DNA of 64,000 bases from the NCBI GenBank assembly GCA_003228915.1, contig QIGL01000086.1, forward strand, positions 22,381-86,380, given 5' to 3'. The notes beneath the pieces are model-generated. The model saw only the letters and a program-made list of their open reading frames with translations, made no database searches and was not told the origin of the DNA. Every line of letters begins with the position of its first letter. The first letter of the stretch is position 1. This document shows, piece after piece, positions 19,880 through 29,642 of the stretch. The stretch comes from Acidiferrobacteraceae bacterium (GTDB taxonomy: Bacteria > Pseudomonadota > Gammaproteobacteria > Acidiferrobacterales > SZUA-150). The position numbers were made by a program, and so were the translations under genes.

Positions 19880-20470
19880 CTAAACGTTCAATAATGTTTT
19901 ATACCTGGGCCAGTCAAAATGTGGCCCGGGGTCGGTCTTGCGACCTGGCGAAATATCAGCATGTCCGTATATACGATCTGCATTGATAGCAGGATACTCA
20001 GTAAATATTACACTGCTTAATTCTACCAACATATTATATTGTTGATCTGTAAAAGGTAACTGGTCACAACCCTCCAGCTCAATGCCAATTGAGAAGTCAT
20101 TGACACGGTTTCTGCCCTCACATTCTGACTCGCCCGCGTGCCAGGCCCTGTCATTTAACGAGACAAACTGAATCAGTTCACCAGTGCGCTGTATCAACAC
20201 GTGCGCCGATACCTCCATACATGATATTTCCTGAAAACTTTCATCTCCTGCAGGGTCAAGTTGGTTACAGAATAATTGAGCTATATATTCACCACCAAAT
20301 TTTCCAGGCGGAAGACTAATGGCGTGAATGATGAGAACTTCCGGGAATAAATTATCCGGTCGAGCATCAAAATTGGGAGAGTTAATTTGTTTCGCTGGCT
20401 TTATAATTCCCGTATCAGGCGGGATAACCATTTTTACTCCTGTTGCAGAATTGTTAGACACACTGTTCAT
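19880..20470 (-). CDS. ampD: 1,6-anhydro-N-acetylmuramyl-L-alanine amidase AmpD
   Basis: SPNFDARP, IHAISLPPG, VSAH, RAWHAGES, NDFSIGIELEG, GHADISPGRKTDPGPHFDW. Confidence 0.96.
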   Translation of the reverse strand: MNSVSNNSATGVKMVIPPDTGIIKPAKQINSPNFDARPDNLFPEVLIIHAISLPPGKFGGEYIAQLFCNQLDPAGDESFQEISCMEVSAHVLIQRTGELIQFVSLNDRAWHAGESECEGRNRVNDFSIGIELEGCDQLPFTDQQYNMLVELSSVIFTEYPAINADRIYGHADISPGRKTDPGPHFDWPRYKTLLNV

Positions 20471-20564
20471 AGCGCTGTAATTATATCAATTTAACAGTAT
20501 TTTTCCATTTACTTACTGTGAGTTTCTAAGGGGATATGGCGCTTTCCTTGTTCCAGCGCACTAA

Positions 20565-21321
20565 TTATGCGTGTTTGACATTGACCTGGTGCAAGCTCGC
20601 ATCAATTACTTTTACGATATCATGATGGCCATTTTGTTTGGCAAAATACTTTGCGTTTTTTCTCTGGTCGTTTTCTATTGATAGAGTCGCACCAGAATTA
20701 ATCAATAAAATTACAATAATGGCCGCACCAACATAGGCTGCATTCATTAATGCGGTATAACCTGACCTGGATCGAAGATCCTGGTGGGCACCCCGGCGCA
20801 ATAAATATTTTACAATTTCTATGTGTTCTGCATGGGCCGCTTTCATTAGCGCTGTTTCACCCCTGGCATCCGGCTGATTGATCGCAGCCCCGGAAGATAA
20901 TAATTTTTTTATAACTTTGATATAACCCTTGTTGGCTGAAATAGATAATGCAGTCATGCCATCATGGGTTATCGCTGCAACGTCTGCACCTGTTGTAATT
21001 AATCTTAATGCCAGTTCAGGTAATTCTGAGTGCAGGGCCTCCAACAAAGGAGTGACTCGCATTTCATCGACAATGTTAATGTCGGCGCCTTTTGCGATCA
21101 GGTAGTCTGCTATATCTTCATGTTGATTCCTGATGGCATAAAATAATGCAGTATCATGCAGTATCACCATTGCCGTCGGGAGCATTGAGATCGCAGCCGG
21201 TTTGTAAAATAGTAGCAGCCATGTCTAGCTGGCCAATTTCGCAAGCCCGGTGCAGGGGGTTAATTTTGTCTTCAAGTACTTGTATTTTAACGACATTTTC
21301 AATTGTTAACGCCATATACAT
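20565..21321 (-). pseudogene. Ankyrin-repeat protein frameshifted by a 10-bp tandem duplication
   Basis: Upstream frame MYMALTIENVVKIQVLEDKINPLHRACEIGQLDMAATILQTGCDLNAPDGNGDTA* joins LFYAIRNQHEDIADYLIAKGADIN if one TGATACTGCA copy is removed, giving a 248-aa ankyrin protein. Confidence 0.85.
21147..21166. repeat. Perfect 10-bp tandem duplication (TGCAGTATCA x2)
   Basis: Read directly: 21147-21156 and 21157-21166. Confidence 0.95.
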
Positions 21322-21532
21322 GCCCTTTTTTCAGGTACTTATATATAAGTATAGCAACACCAACATGATGTAAAGGTTTTTTATGGCATAGTGGCTTAAT
21401 AATCAGAAAATGAGTTTATTTCAGATTCTCTTAAAAAAATAATGGGTGCCCTTATCCTAACGACAATAAGCGGCTAATTTCATATGCTCCTGATCAAACG
21501 ATTTAATTATTTTAGGATTTTTCTCACCTAGT

Positions 21533-22471
21533 TTAAGTAAATTGCATTTCACTTAAATTTTTTCTATCACGAAAATTTGCAATAGAATAGACAATGTGGC
21601 GACTGTCGGGACACCATTCAACACCGAAGATACCTTTTCTCTCATAAACAACAGTGGCTGTATTATTTTTGTTTAGCTGTACAAGCTTTTCTATATCCTG
21701 TTCTCTGTAGTTTGAGAGTGAAACTTTTCTGATTGTTGATTCCAGAAATAGTAATTTTTTACCATCAGGGCTGTACCTCGGATCACTAACCTCGATACCT
21801 GACTGCGACTCATTTAATGCAAACCTGGTTGTTTGTGTGCGGCTCACTAGGTCATACTCAATAATCTTTTTCTTGTCCTCTACAAACACCACTTTCGTGC
21901 CATCAGGGTGCCAGTCTGGCTGCCAGCATCTCAAACCGTTACAGGGCAAATGCTCGCCCTTCTCTTCTTCTATATCATAAATGACGACCCGGGCATGATT
22001 TTCTGCATTCATGGCATCATGATAGACAATTTTTTTACCGTCAGTTGCATATCTGGGTAGAAGTGACCCTGGTGCAATATTAGGCACGGTACTTACTTCG
22101 CCACTTTTCAGATCTATCTCAACTATATTATTTGGTGCACCATTATACTTTTTCACGTCTGTGATTACTTTTTCCCCTGACGGATGCGGGTTTGGTTGGC
22201 CCATTATTTCCACATTCTCGTATGAATCGTTCTTATACTCCTTCTCAATCCCCTTCTTCAGATCAAGAGTGACAATGGTAAAGCCTTTATCGACTCTGCG
22301 GCTAAAGTCTGCCTTCATTCTCAAATAGGTAATTTTACTGGGATAGTTTTTTATTTCTGCGGAAAGATTATTTGATGAATTTACTTCTTTTGAAACACTA
22401 TCTGGTTGGTTTCTTTCTGTGCAGGCAGCAAGAATAATAAAAATAGAAAGTAATATTAATCGTTTAGGCAT
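21533..22471 (-). CDS. TolB/PD40-like beta-propeller lipoprotein; candidate immunity protein; C-terminus possibly truncated by a +1 frameshift
   Basis: Lipobox LAAC; repeats PNPHPSGEKV, PRYATDGKKI, PDWHPDGTKV, PRYSPDGKKL, EWCPDSRHI; starts 5 bp after the effector stop. Confidence 0.75.
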   Translation of the reverse strand: MPKRLILLSIFIILAACTERNQPDSVSKEVNSSNNLSAEIKNYPSKITYLRMKADFSRRVDKGFTIVTLDLKKGIEKEYKNDSYENVEIMGQPNPHPSGEKVITDVKKYNGAPNNIVEIDLKSGEVSTVPNIAPGSLLPRYATDGKKIVYHDAMNAENHARVVIYDIEEEKGEHLPCNGLRCWQPDWHPDGTKVVFVEDKKKIIEYDLVSRTQTTRFALNESQSGIEVSDPRYSPDGKKLLFLESTIRKVSLSNYREQDIEKLVQLNKNNTATVVYERKGIFGVEWCPDSRHIVYSIANFRDRKNLSEMQFT

Positions 22472-22476
22472 GCTAA

Positions 22477-25400
22477 TTAGATAGTGCTTCCATGGACATA
22501 GGAATTTTTCTTTTCATCTATTTCATAATTATTGGATTTATTTGCATCCTTTTTATACAGGGAAATAAAAATACCCTGGTCTGTGGGTATTAGTGTCTTG
22601 TTATTACCAAACGGATCGTAGGCTACCGTTAGATAAAGGGCATGAAGATCATCAGGTATATCCTTGCCACTGATCTGCCAACTCAGCCTTTTTTTCTTGA
22701 TGTCATCTTCATTGACATCCTGAATATTCGGCAACAGGGTCTTTTGGGATGAAATAAGATAATCAACCCTGTCTTTTTCACTGTCATTCGCTGCCGTTTT
22801 AATGCCGCGCAATTCTGTAATGACACGGCCATTATTTCCATGATTATAGAGATCAATTTTAACTTGTGCCTGCTCGAATAATGTTGCATGAACGCCGCGA
22901 TTATGCACCCTGGTGATCCATTTCAATTCTGCATCATAAGCAAAAACTAAATTAAAAAATTCACCCAGTTCTTTGCCCAGGTTATCTTTAAATTCTTTAT
23001 ATTTGAGATTTTTTTTCTGTTGATTGCTCTCGCCTGGTTCTATGTAGGCCTTCTCGCCCCAGTAACAGCGTAACAACCACTCTTCAATAGGCGTTCGGGC
23101 AAAATAAACACCCAGTATTAAAGCGATAATCCCGCCAATCACACCAATAATAGCCAGCACCCAGCCCACCACAGGTACGGTTGCGGAAGCTGCTGCTGCC
23201 TCAAATAACAAGATTGCCCCGCCAATTGCTGCAATACCTCCAAAGACTGCTGAACTCATGTATATATTGGCACGAAATTTTGTGCCTGTTTCTCTTTCTA
23301 CTGCAGACTTTTCAATATCTGCCAGCAGGCCAGATATGTTTGCTGCAATGCCCAGCAGACCCGCGGCTTTGCCCAGTGTTTCGCCGATAACCACATAACC
23401 GTTAACCTTTGCTGCAAACTGGCTCAATTCTATACCCTTCTGAATCGTTTGCAGGACAGTGTTACTGGCATCATAAAAATCGGCAGTATTATTGATGCCT
23501 TTGTTCAGCAAGTCTTTCCAGGCCAGGCCCAAACTAATAATTTGAACGGCAGTAATTATTTTAACCGGCACCCGGTTCATATATTCAATCGTCTGTTGCG
23601 AGACTGCAGCGGATGGACCAATGAAAATTGTTTTGACTTTAATCTGGCCAGTACTGCTTTGTTTAATTACGGGTACTGAACTGGGGTAATGCATATTGAC
23701 AGATGCCTTGCTGGAAGACATTTTTTTCCAAAGCCCATGATCCAGTTCTTTTTCGATCACTGGTATGCCATATAAATGGCTAATAGCGCCTCTAAGATTA
23801 TTCCACTTGACTTCTTTGTTTAATTTTGTGAAAGGTAACGCAAGAATATTCAGGATATTTTCAAGGGCCGCATAAGCTTCACTGGTTATTTTTAATGTGT
23901 CCTGGATCATTTTTTCATGATCTTTTAAATTACTGACAGTATAATACTGAATACGGCTTTCAAACTCTTCCTGAGTTTTTTGTTTTAATATATCCTCGTC
24001 CTGTTTTTTTATCTGGTTATCTATAACAGACAACATGTCTTTATTTAAGATAATGCTTAAACAATTATTGGTGATACTTTTATCACTATTAAGTTCTTGC
24101 TCCAGGTAGGCTCTACCTTGCTCACTATGGCTGATATTAGTAATAATATCTGACCAAACAGCCAAGGCTTGTCCGCCTGATTTTCTTTTTTCAGGACGGT
24201 CATAACCTTCAGAAAGTTCAAAATCCTGAAAAGCCTGAAAAATAGTCCCGGCACCGGACTTTTCAAGATGAGCAATAAGTTTTTCGATTACTTTTTCTGC
24301 TTTTTGTTCTCTTTTTCCCAGCTCCTCATCATAGTCTTTAATAAATTCAGAGGGGGTTTGGCCGCCGATCCTTTTTAAGAAATCAGCATTATCCTCATCA
24401 GATTTAACAAGTTGATCACAGTACCTGGCAATCACGACTTTGGTGTTTTCTTCACTCTTTATCCAGCTCGATACATCTTCTACTTTTCTGTGAAAATCAA
24501 TATTAATTGTCCTGGCCAGGCCAATAGGATCTAACAGCACAACAACCGGGCATTCGCTGTCTTTATACTCATTTTCGGATTCTGTTTTATTTACAGCAGT
24601 CAATAATTGGGCGAGACGCGGGGTTTCAAGTCTTTTGTCAATGTTTTCATTATTTTCATCATGGGCGCGAGACACGGGCATTAGGTAAGTCTCCCTGAGT
24701 TTACCTGATCCATCTGCCTTGCTCAGGTCTATTTTTTGCGCCCTTTTTTCAAGCAGGCTTTTGTCTGCTTTGTACTGGTCATATTTTAGTGTTTTGTGGA
24801 GCTCTTCTATGTATCTTGGGTCTTTTTTATCCAGGCCACCTAGCTTGCAAATATACTCCCAGCTCCATTGGTGCTCGGAAAAACACATGTGGATTTCCGG
24901 TGCTTTTCCATTAATAGTTTCAGGCAAGGCAATCACTGCTTTTTGCTTATCTTCAGTAATACAGGGTCGATTATCTTTGCACTGTTGTGCCGCCAAATTA
25001 ACATCATAATAACTCCACCAAGATAGTGCAGTTCTTGGGTCAAGGTTGGCATTATTATGCACCTTGCCTGCCCATGGCTCGACTGCATAAATTTCTCGCC
25101 ATAAAAACCCATCTATGAATATATAGATGTAACCGGTACGCAAATGCACGAGTTTGTCACTATCACTCTCCCAGAAACTGACAGGGAAAACAGGCGTAAG
25201 CTTGGTTTTACTTTTATCTACTTTTTCGCCTTTTTTGACCGAATCACCAATACCTAATGGAATCCAGTAATAATTATTATCTTTAACGGGGTATTTTTCT
25301 GTATCAAGAAATTTATGAATAGCACGCCTATCGCCATTTATTCCAATCAGGGGTACGCCTCTGTAAGCATTGGCGTCATCCTGAAATCTGAGCCAGACAT

Positions 25401-25533
25401 TATAAGAACCCTTTTTAATGCGTTCGTAAGTCAATCGCCGCAATGGCTGACCTGACTCATCGGTCCCCTCGGGCAATGCACTGCCAAGAGGCAGGTCCAA
25501 AACCGTGTTTTTAAATAATGCTGTACCCGCCAT
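22477..25533 (-). CDS. T6SS effector, MIX/VasX-like, probable pore-forming toxin
   Basis: MIX-type core LRTGYIYIF..LWREI, FSEHQWS and LLDPIG; C-terminal Gly/Ala-rich hydrophobic helices followed by TPIEEWLLRCYWG; start overlaps the stop of the PAAR-like gene. Confidence 0.78.
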   Translation of the reverse strand: MAGTALFKNTVLDLPLGSALPEGTDESGQPLRRLTYERIKKGSYNVWLRFQDDANAYRGVPLIGINGDRRAIHKFLDTEKYPVKDNNYYWIPLGIGDSVKKGEKVDKSKTKLTPVFPVSFWESDSDKLVHLRTGYIYIFIDGFLWREIYAVEPWAGKVHNNANLDPRTALSWWSYYDVNLAAQQCKDNRPCITEDKQKAVIALPETINGKAPEIHMCFSEHQWSWEYICKLGGLDKKDPRYIEELHKTLKYDQYKADKSLLEKRAQKIDLSKADGSGKLRETYLMPVSRAHDENNENIDKRLETPRLAQLLTAVNKTESENEYKDSECPVVVLLDPIGLARTINIDFHRKVEDVSSWIKSEENTKVVIARYCDQLVKSDEDNADFLKRIGGQTPSEFIKDYDEELGKREQKAEKVIEKLIAHLEKSGAGTIFQAFQDFELSEGYDRPEKRKSGGQALAVWSDIITNISHSEQGRAYLEQELNSDKSITNNCLSIILNKDMLSVIDNQIKKQDEDILKQKTQEEFESRIQYYTVSNLKDHEKMIQDTLKITSEAYAALENILNILALPFTKLNKEVKWNNLRGAISHLYGIPVIEKELDHGLWKKMSSSKASVNMHYPSSVPVIKQSSTGQIKVKTIFIGPSAAVSQQTIEYMNRVPVKIITAVQIISLGLAWKDLLNKGINNTADFYDASNTVLQTIQKGIELSQFAAKVNGYVVIGETLGKAAGLLGIAANISGLLADIEKSAVERETGTKFRANIYMSSAVFGGIAAIGGAILLFEAAAASATVPVVGWVLAIIGVIGGIIALILGVYFARTPIEEWLLRCYWGEKAYIEPGESNQQKKNLKYKEFKDNLGKELGEFFNLVFAYDAELKWITRVHNRGVHATLFEQAQVKIDLYNHGNNGRVITELRGIKTAANDSEKDRVDYLISSQKTLLPNIQDVNEDDIKKKRLSWQISGKDIPDDLHALYLTVAYDPFGNNKTLIPTDQGIFISLYKKDANKSNNYEIDEKKNSYVHGSTI

Positions 25534-26072
25534 TACTCTTCTCCACCATCCGGTTGCTCGATAACCACAGATGATTTCAACATGTGAAAGTTATTACCTT
25601 TAACGTCTACCGTATATTCAAAACCAGGATCTTCAGCTTCTTTTGTTTCTGCTTCAGTGGCTGATAATTCAGGTGGTTGCCCAGCACCTGGCTGTTGCAA
25701 TGGTACGGGTGGTGTATTTTTATTATTTGATACCATGAGATCGGTTTGCCTGACAGCGGGAATGCCTTCGATATAAACATTGGCGGAAAATGTAATGAAC
25801 TCTGCCATGCCCTTTATAGATCCAGATGACACGCCACCACAGGCTCCGCCCTCATCGCCCGAACTGACTGAAAAATTAGCGTCCTTATTACAGGCCGGAT
25901 TGCCATTTATCATGACACTGCCGGCAGTTTTAGCTGAATTACTGGAAGTGGCAGTATTTGTATAGGGTATGGGGGGGCATTTATCCGGGGTTTTGCATAC
26001 ATCCACTGTTGTGAGCGTACCCCCTGATCCTGCATGCACTGCCGTAAGGCCGTTAATGACTACATTGCTCAT
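25533..26072 (-). CDS. PAAR-like spike tip protein (DUF4150) with an acidic C-terminal extension
   Basis: DVCKTP..PIPYTN, SSGDEGG..GGVSSG, SANVYIEGIPAVR.TD...NNKNT. Confidence 0.88.
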   Translation of the reverse strand: MSNVVINGLTAVHAGSGGTLTTVDVCKTPDKCPPIPYTNTATSSNSAKTAGSVMINGNPACNKDANFSVSSGDEGGACGGVSSGSIKGMAEFITFSANVYIEGIPAVRQTDLMVSNNKNTPPVPLQQPGAGQPPELSATEAETKEAEDPGFEYTVDVKGNNFHMLKSSVVIEQPDGGEE

Positions 26073-26082
26073 TGTTTTATCC

Positions 26083-27270
26083 TTATGCTGCCCGTTTCGG
26101 GTTTTGTTTGCGTTTACTATCTTGACTCAGGTGCACAGCCCCTCGCACTACATGGCTGCTGGCATCACAAACAATCAAGTTACTAATATCTGGATAACTA
26201 AATTCGAATCGCCCACAGGACAAGGCCAATGCAATCGGTAACGTGGCTGCGCCAACATTTCCTGTCACACTGGTCATTTGCAGAATTTCCGGGCTAATAA
26301 TTGTTCCTGGTTCTGGCTGGGGCGCTTCTATTTCACCTACCTGCATTGCCAAACGTTGTTTTTCTTCCAGTACAGTTGGCCATATTTTCTGCTGTACCTG
26401 GTGCCATTCCAGTTGTTCGCAGATCTCCTGACCAAATGGTAATAAAACAGTATCGATAGCCGCGGGCGATATGTTGTTTTTGCTTATAATTTCGCTAATA
26501 GAATCAGCCAAACCAAGTAATTTTTTATGCTCGGCACAGCGGCTATTAGGCTCTGGTTTAAATGTTATGCCACTAATTTCAATATTTTCATTTTCGTCAT
26601 CAGGTTTTCTTGTTTCCAGCAACAGAAATGCAGCACCTTCACCGGGGAGTTGACCATTTGGAATATCTCTGGTCAGCAGTCTGTTTTCTCTGGCCAGTTC
26701 GGCACAGGTCGCTTCATTAATTAATGAATCTGCCCCACCAAAAATTACGGCTTGCCATTTCCCGTCTGCTAACTCCTGGCAACAAGATGAAAGAGCGTTG
26801 GCTGCACCTTCATTGACACGTATGAACCTGTATTCCATGGCGCCAAATGATGTATTCAGTTTGCTTACTGATAGATGTCTATTGTAAATCCACTCTTTAA
26901 GGTAATTTTCTGCGTAAAGCTCATTTATTGCGGCGCCTCTTGCCTCGCTCAAAGCAGGCAGTAAAATACAACAAAGAATTCTGGAATGATCAATTTCACG
27001 GTCAATTTTATCAATAATCTGTCCGAGTGCAGTACCCGCAAGCTCCATCATTCTCTCGGCAGGATTCTCTGAAGCCACCATTTCAGTCATCACACACAAT
27101 GGTGAGACTGCCTCATCATCGGGGTCAGGTGACGCTACCTCTATACCCAACTCTCGACAATTAATTATATTACCGCCCAGGGCACCGTATAGAGCAAAAG
27201 GCTGGTTACCAGCTGTACAACAAAGGCCGATATCAGTTATTACAATATTGTTTGTACTGTTAGTGTTCAA
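26083..27270 (-). CDS. Thiolase/ketoacyl-synthase-like T6SS accessory protein
   Basis: IVITDIGLCCTAG, GGADSL, PGEGAAFLLL, TGNVGAA; lies between DUF2169 and DUF4150 genes. Confidence 0.8.
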   Translation of the reverse strand: MNTNSTNNIVITDIGLCCTAGNQPFALYGALGGNIINCRELGIEVASPDPDDEAVSPLCVMTEMVASENPAERMMELAGTALGQIIDKIDREIDHSRILCCILLPALSEARGAAINELYAENYLKEWIYNRHLSVSKLNTSFGAMEYRFIRVNEGAANALSSCCQELADGKWQAVIFGGADSLINEATCAELARENRLLTRDIPNGQLPGEGAAFLLLETRKPDDENENIEISGITFKPEPNSRCAEHKKLLGLADSISEIISKNNISPAAIDTVLLPFGQEICEQLEWHQVQQKIWPTVLEEKQRLAMQVGEIEAPQPEPGTIISPEILQMTSVTGNVGAATLPIALALSCGRFEFSYPDISNLIVCDASSHVVRGAVHLSQDSKRKQNPKRAA

Positions 27271-27314
27271 TTTTTATATTTTCTATTGGTAAGCCAATCA
27301 ATACAATCCGGTTT

Positions 27315-28373
27315 TCAGGATGCTTTTTCCAGACTTTGCTTTGTATCGTAATTTTGATCCTCAGCCAGAATTACCCACCCTTTGCGGGGTTCTGCCCTGC
27401 TCCACGGGATCCCGGCACGCCAGATCATACTTATAATTTGGCGATCAGTATCAATAACAAGCGTGTCACATTTGGTGTTGATCTTTTGCTGATTTTGCCC
27501 CGTTACTTTCCAGGTGTCATGATGTAACTCTGGTAAAATTAGCTCAAGTGGTTTGGCTGGTGGTATCTCAGGCAAAAAACCGGTTAAGGTGATAATTTCG
27601 CCGCCTTTTAAATTAGTGTTAAACCGCTGATCAAGGGGGGCTACGTTATAAAAAGACGGTTTTAAATCATCGCCAAATGGACATAACCCTGCCCTGGCAG
27701 ACGCTTCGTCCAACGTACCGGCATCGTTTTTTCGTGGCGACCAAAAAACGGGTAAGGGACCATATCCCGCTGGCAAAGGCTGGTCCCTGGGAGATTTGAT
27801 GAATTTTGGGCCTATTTCAATCTGCGGTAATTCTGTATCAGAAAATTTAGTCGGGTCTGAAAAAAATCCCTGACCAGCCCTGTTGGCTTCAAATTCAATA
27901 CCTGTCTCTCTGTCAATACCACCGTAGGCATTTTCATACGTTAGTGGTACCGGTCTTCCGATGTTTTCCGGTTCTGATGCCCTTGGTGCAAAACGCATCC
28001 CTTTCCATGTGCGCTGCCCAAAAATACGCAGTATTTTCTGCCAGCCATTGCCATCGGGAGTCTTCATGCCCAACTTAACTTCCATCACTTTTTGGCTGGT
28101 TTGTGGCGGTGTAGCAGTGCCGTGCAAGTAAATTTCACTACCCATTTTAATTGGCGCGATTTCATTAGCAATTTTTAAACTGGTCTCGAGCGATTTACCA
28201 TAATGCTGGTCTGTTTCTTCAATAGGCAATTGATCGGGCATCGGTGTGAGTTTTCCTGCTTGATCAAATTCAAAACTGGCTTTAATAACACATGTCCACT
28301 GGAATTCCTGATTCAACTGAAAACCCGGGTAGAGGCCGGCAGACCATGGTCCCTGGTTAGATAATTCAAGCAT
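27315..28373 (-). CDS. DUF2169 T6SS adaptor/chaperone
   Basis: VIKASF, GQRTW, VPLTYENAYGG, PAGYGPL...WSPR, YNVAPLDQ, DTLVID...WR. Confidence 0.9.
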   Translation of the reverse strand: MLELSNQGPWSAGLYPGFQLNQEFQWTCVIKASFEFDQAGKLTPMPDQLPIEETDQHYGKSLETSLKIANEIAPIKMGSEIYLHGTATPPQTSQKVMEVKLGMKTPDGNGWQKILRIFGQRTWKGMRFAPRASEPENIGRPVPLTYENAYGGIDRETGIEFEANRAGQGFFSDPTKFSDTELPQIEIGPKFIKSPRDQPLPAGYGPLPVFWSPRKNDAGTLDEASARAGLCPFGDDLKPSFYNVAPLDQRFNTNLKGGEIITLTGFLPEIPPAKPLELILPELHHDTWKVTGQNQQKINTKCDTLVIDTDRQIISMIWRAGIPWSRAEPRKGWVILAEDQNYDTKQSLEKAS

Positions 28374-29640
28374 GGCTTGCCGCCCTGCTTGCTTCTGGTT
28401 GTCCCTGTACCTGGTTTGATATTTCGTTAAACAACACTTCTTGTTTGATTATCCAGGTATTACTGCTTATAGATAAAGGCTCACCAAGAGACAAAACCAG
28501 TAAATCTTTAAGATCCTGCCCAACTAACCCGCAAACCTGTTTGGCACGTTTTAATAAAAAATATTCAGAAAATTGTTCTCCGGATATTTTCCTTGCCTCG
28601 TCTTGCCAATGATCCTTGTGTTGTTGCCACCACGATACTGCCAGGGAACTATCAGGAATTAATGGTACATCGAGCGCTGCACCTGGTGCCGATTTACCAT
28701 CATCGCTCACAAGTTTCATCCGGGGAACCATTGGTAGCTGTTGTCCCGTTAGCCATGTCCATGCGTGCGCAGCTAAAACGGTTTCACGGCCGTTCTCAAG
28801 ATAATCAAGCAACACATTTGCTGCTTGCTTACGGCCAGTCAAAGCGAGCAAGTGCAGGCCGGGTCCGGGGTGCGATACTGCCCATGCCTCAACAAGTTGA
28901 TATAACTCGTCATCCCCGGATAATGCTGCCAATCGAATAATGGCTTCACTATTTTCAGACGGGGTTTTTGCGATTGCCGTGCTGATTTTTCTGTTTATTT
29001 CAGGATCGCCTCGTAACATACTTCCCCACAGCGCCGATACTAGACTATCTGTCGCTATAGAAAACTGTTCGTTCTCAGAGAACAAACTGGCAAGTGCAGC
29101 TTGGAAAATATCCATACCAAATTCTTTTTTACCGGCTGCATAATGCAGTGCGGCTGAAGCTATTTCCGGATTGTTATGATTAACGACTGCATTAACAATT
29201 GCCATGTCGATGAAAATTGATTGGTCACGCCAGAGATTGAATAACACTGGCTGTACTTCTTCATTCGTTTGGAATAAATTGACCAGTTTTTCATTAGTAC
29301 TTTGGGGATAGTTCAGGAGCGCCTGGCAGGACGCTTGCTGCTGTGAGTTATTGCCAACTAGCAATTCTAGCGTCAAATCATAAGCCTGATTTCGAATACC
29401 TTGATCATTTGATTGCAATCTTCTTGCTAAATATACATATAACTCGTGTTCTTTTTCGGGGACTGCTTCGTTGGGGTCGATTGTGTATGAGAGCACATGG
29501 ATATGTACACGCTGTCGATGCTCAAGGCTCGCCATGCTATGACTGCCAACTTCGGCCTGTTTTAGCCAAAGTTTTTTTTGGCGATAAAGCGCGGCAGAAA
29601 CTTCCAGGTGGGTGTCTAGATAAGGAACTTCGGAGTGCAT
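28366..29640 (-). CDS. Alpha-helical repeat T6SS accessory protein (TIGR02270-like)
   Basis: HLEVSAALY...LEHRQRVHI, AAHAWTWLTG, LIPD....SWW; position in the DUF2169 cassette. Confidence 0.62.
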   Translation of the reverse strand: MHSEVPYLDTHLEVSAALYRQKKLWLKQAEVGSHSMASLEHRQRVHIHVLSYTIDPNEAVPEKEHELYVYLARRLQSNDQGIRNQAYDLTLELLVGNNSQQQASCQALLNYPQSTNEKLVNLFQTNEEVQPVLFNLWRDQSIFIDMAIVNAVVNHNNPEIASAALHYAAGKKEFGMDIFQAALASLFSENEQFSIATDSLVSALWGSMLRGDPEINRKISTAIAKTPSENSEAIIRLAALSGDDELYQLVEAWAVSHPGPGLHLLALTGRKQAANVLLDYLENGRETVLAAHAWTWLTGQQLPMVPRMKLVSDDGKSAPGAALDVPLIPDSSLAVSWWQQHKDHWQDEARKISGEQFSEYFLLKRAKQVCGLVGQDLKDLLVLSLGEPLSISSNTWIIKQEVLFNEISNQVQGQPEASRAASHA

Positions 29641-29642
29641 GC

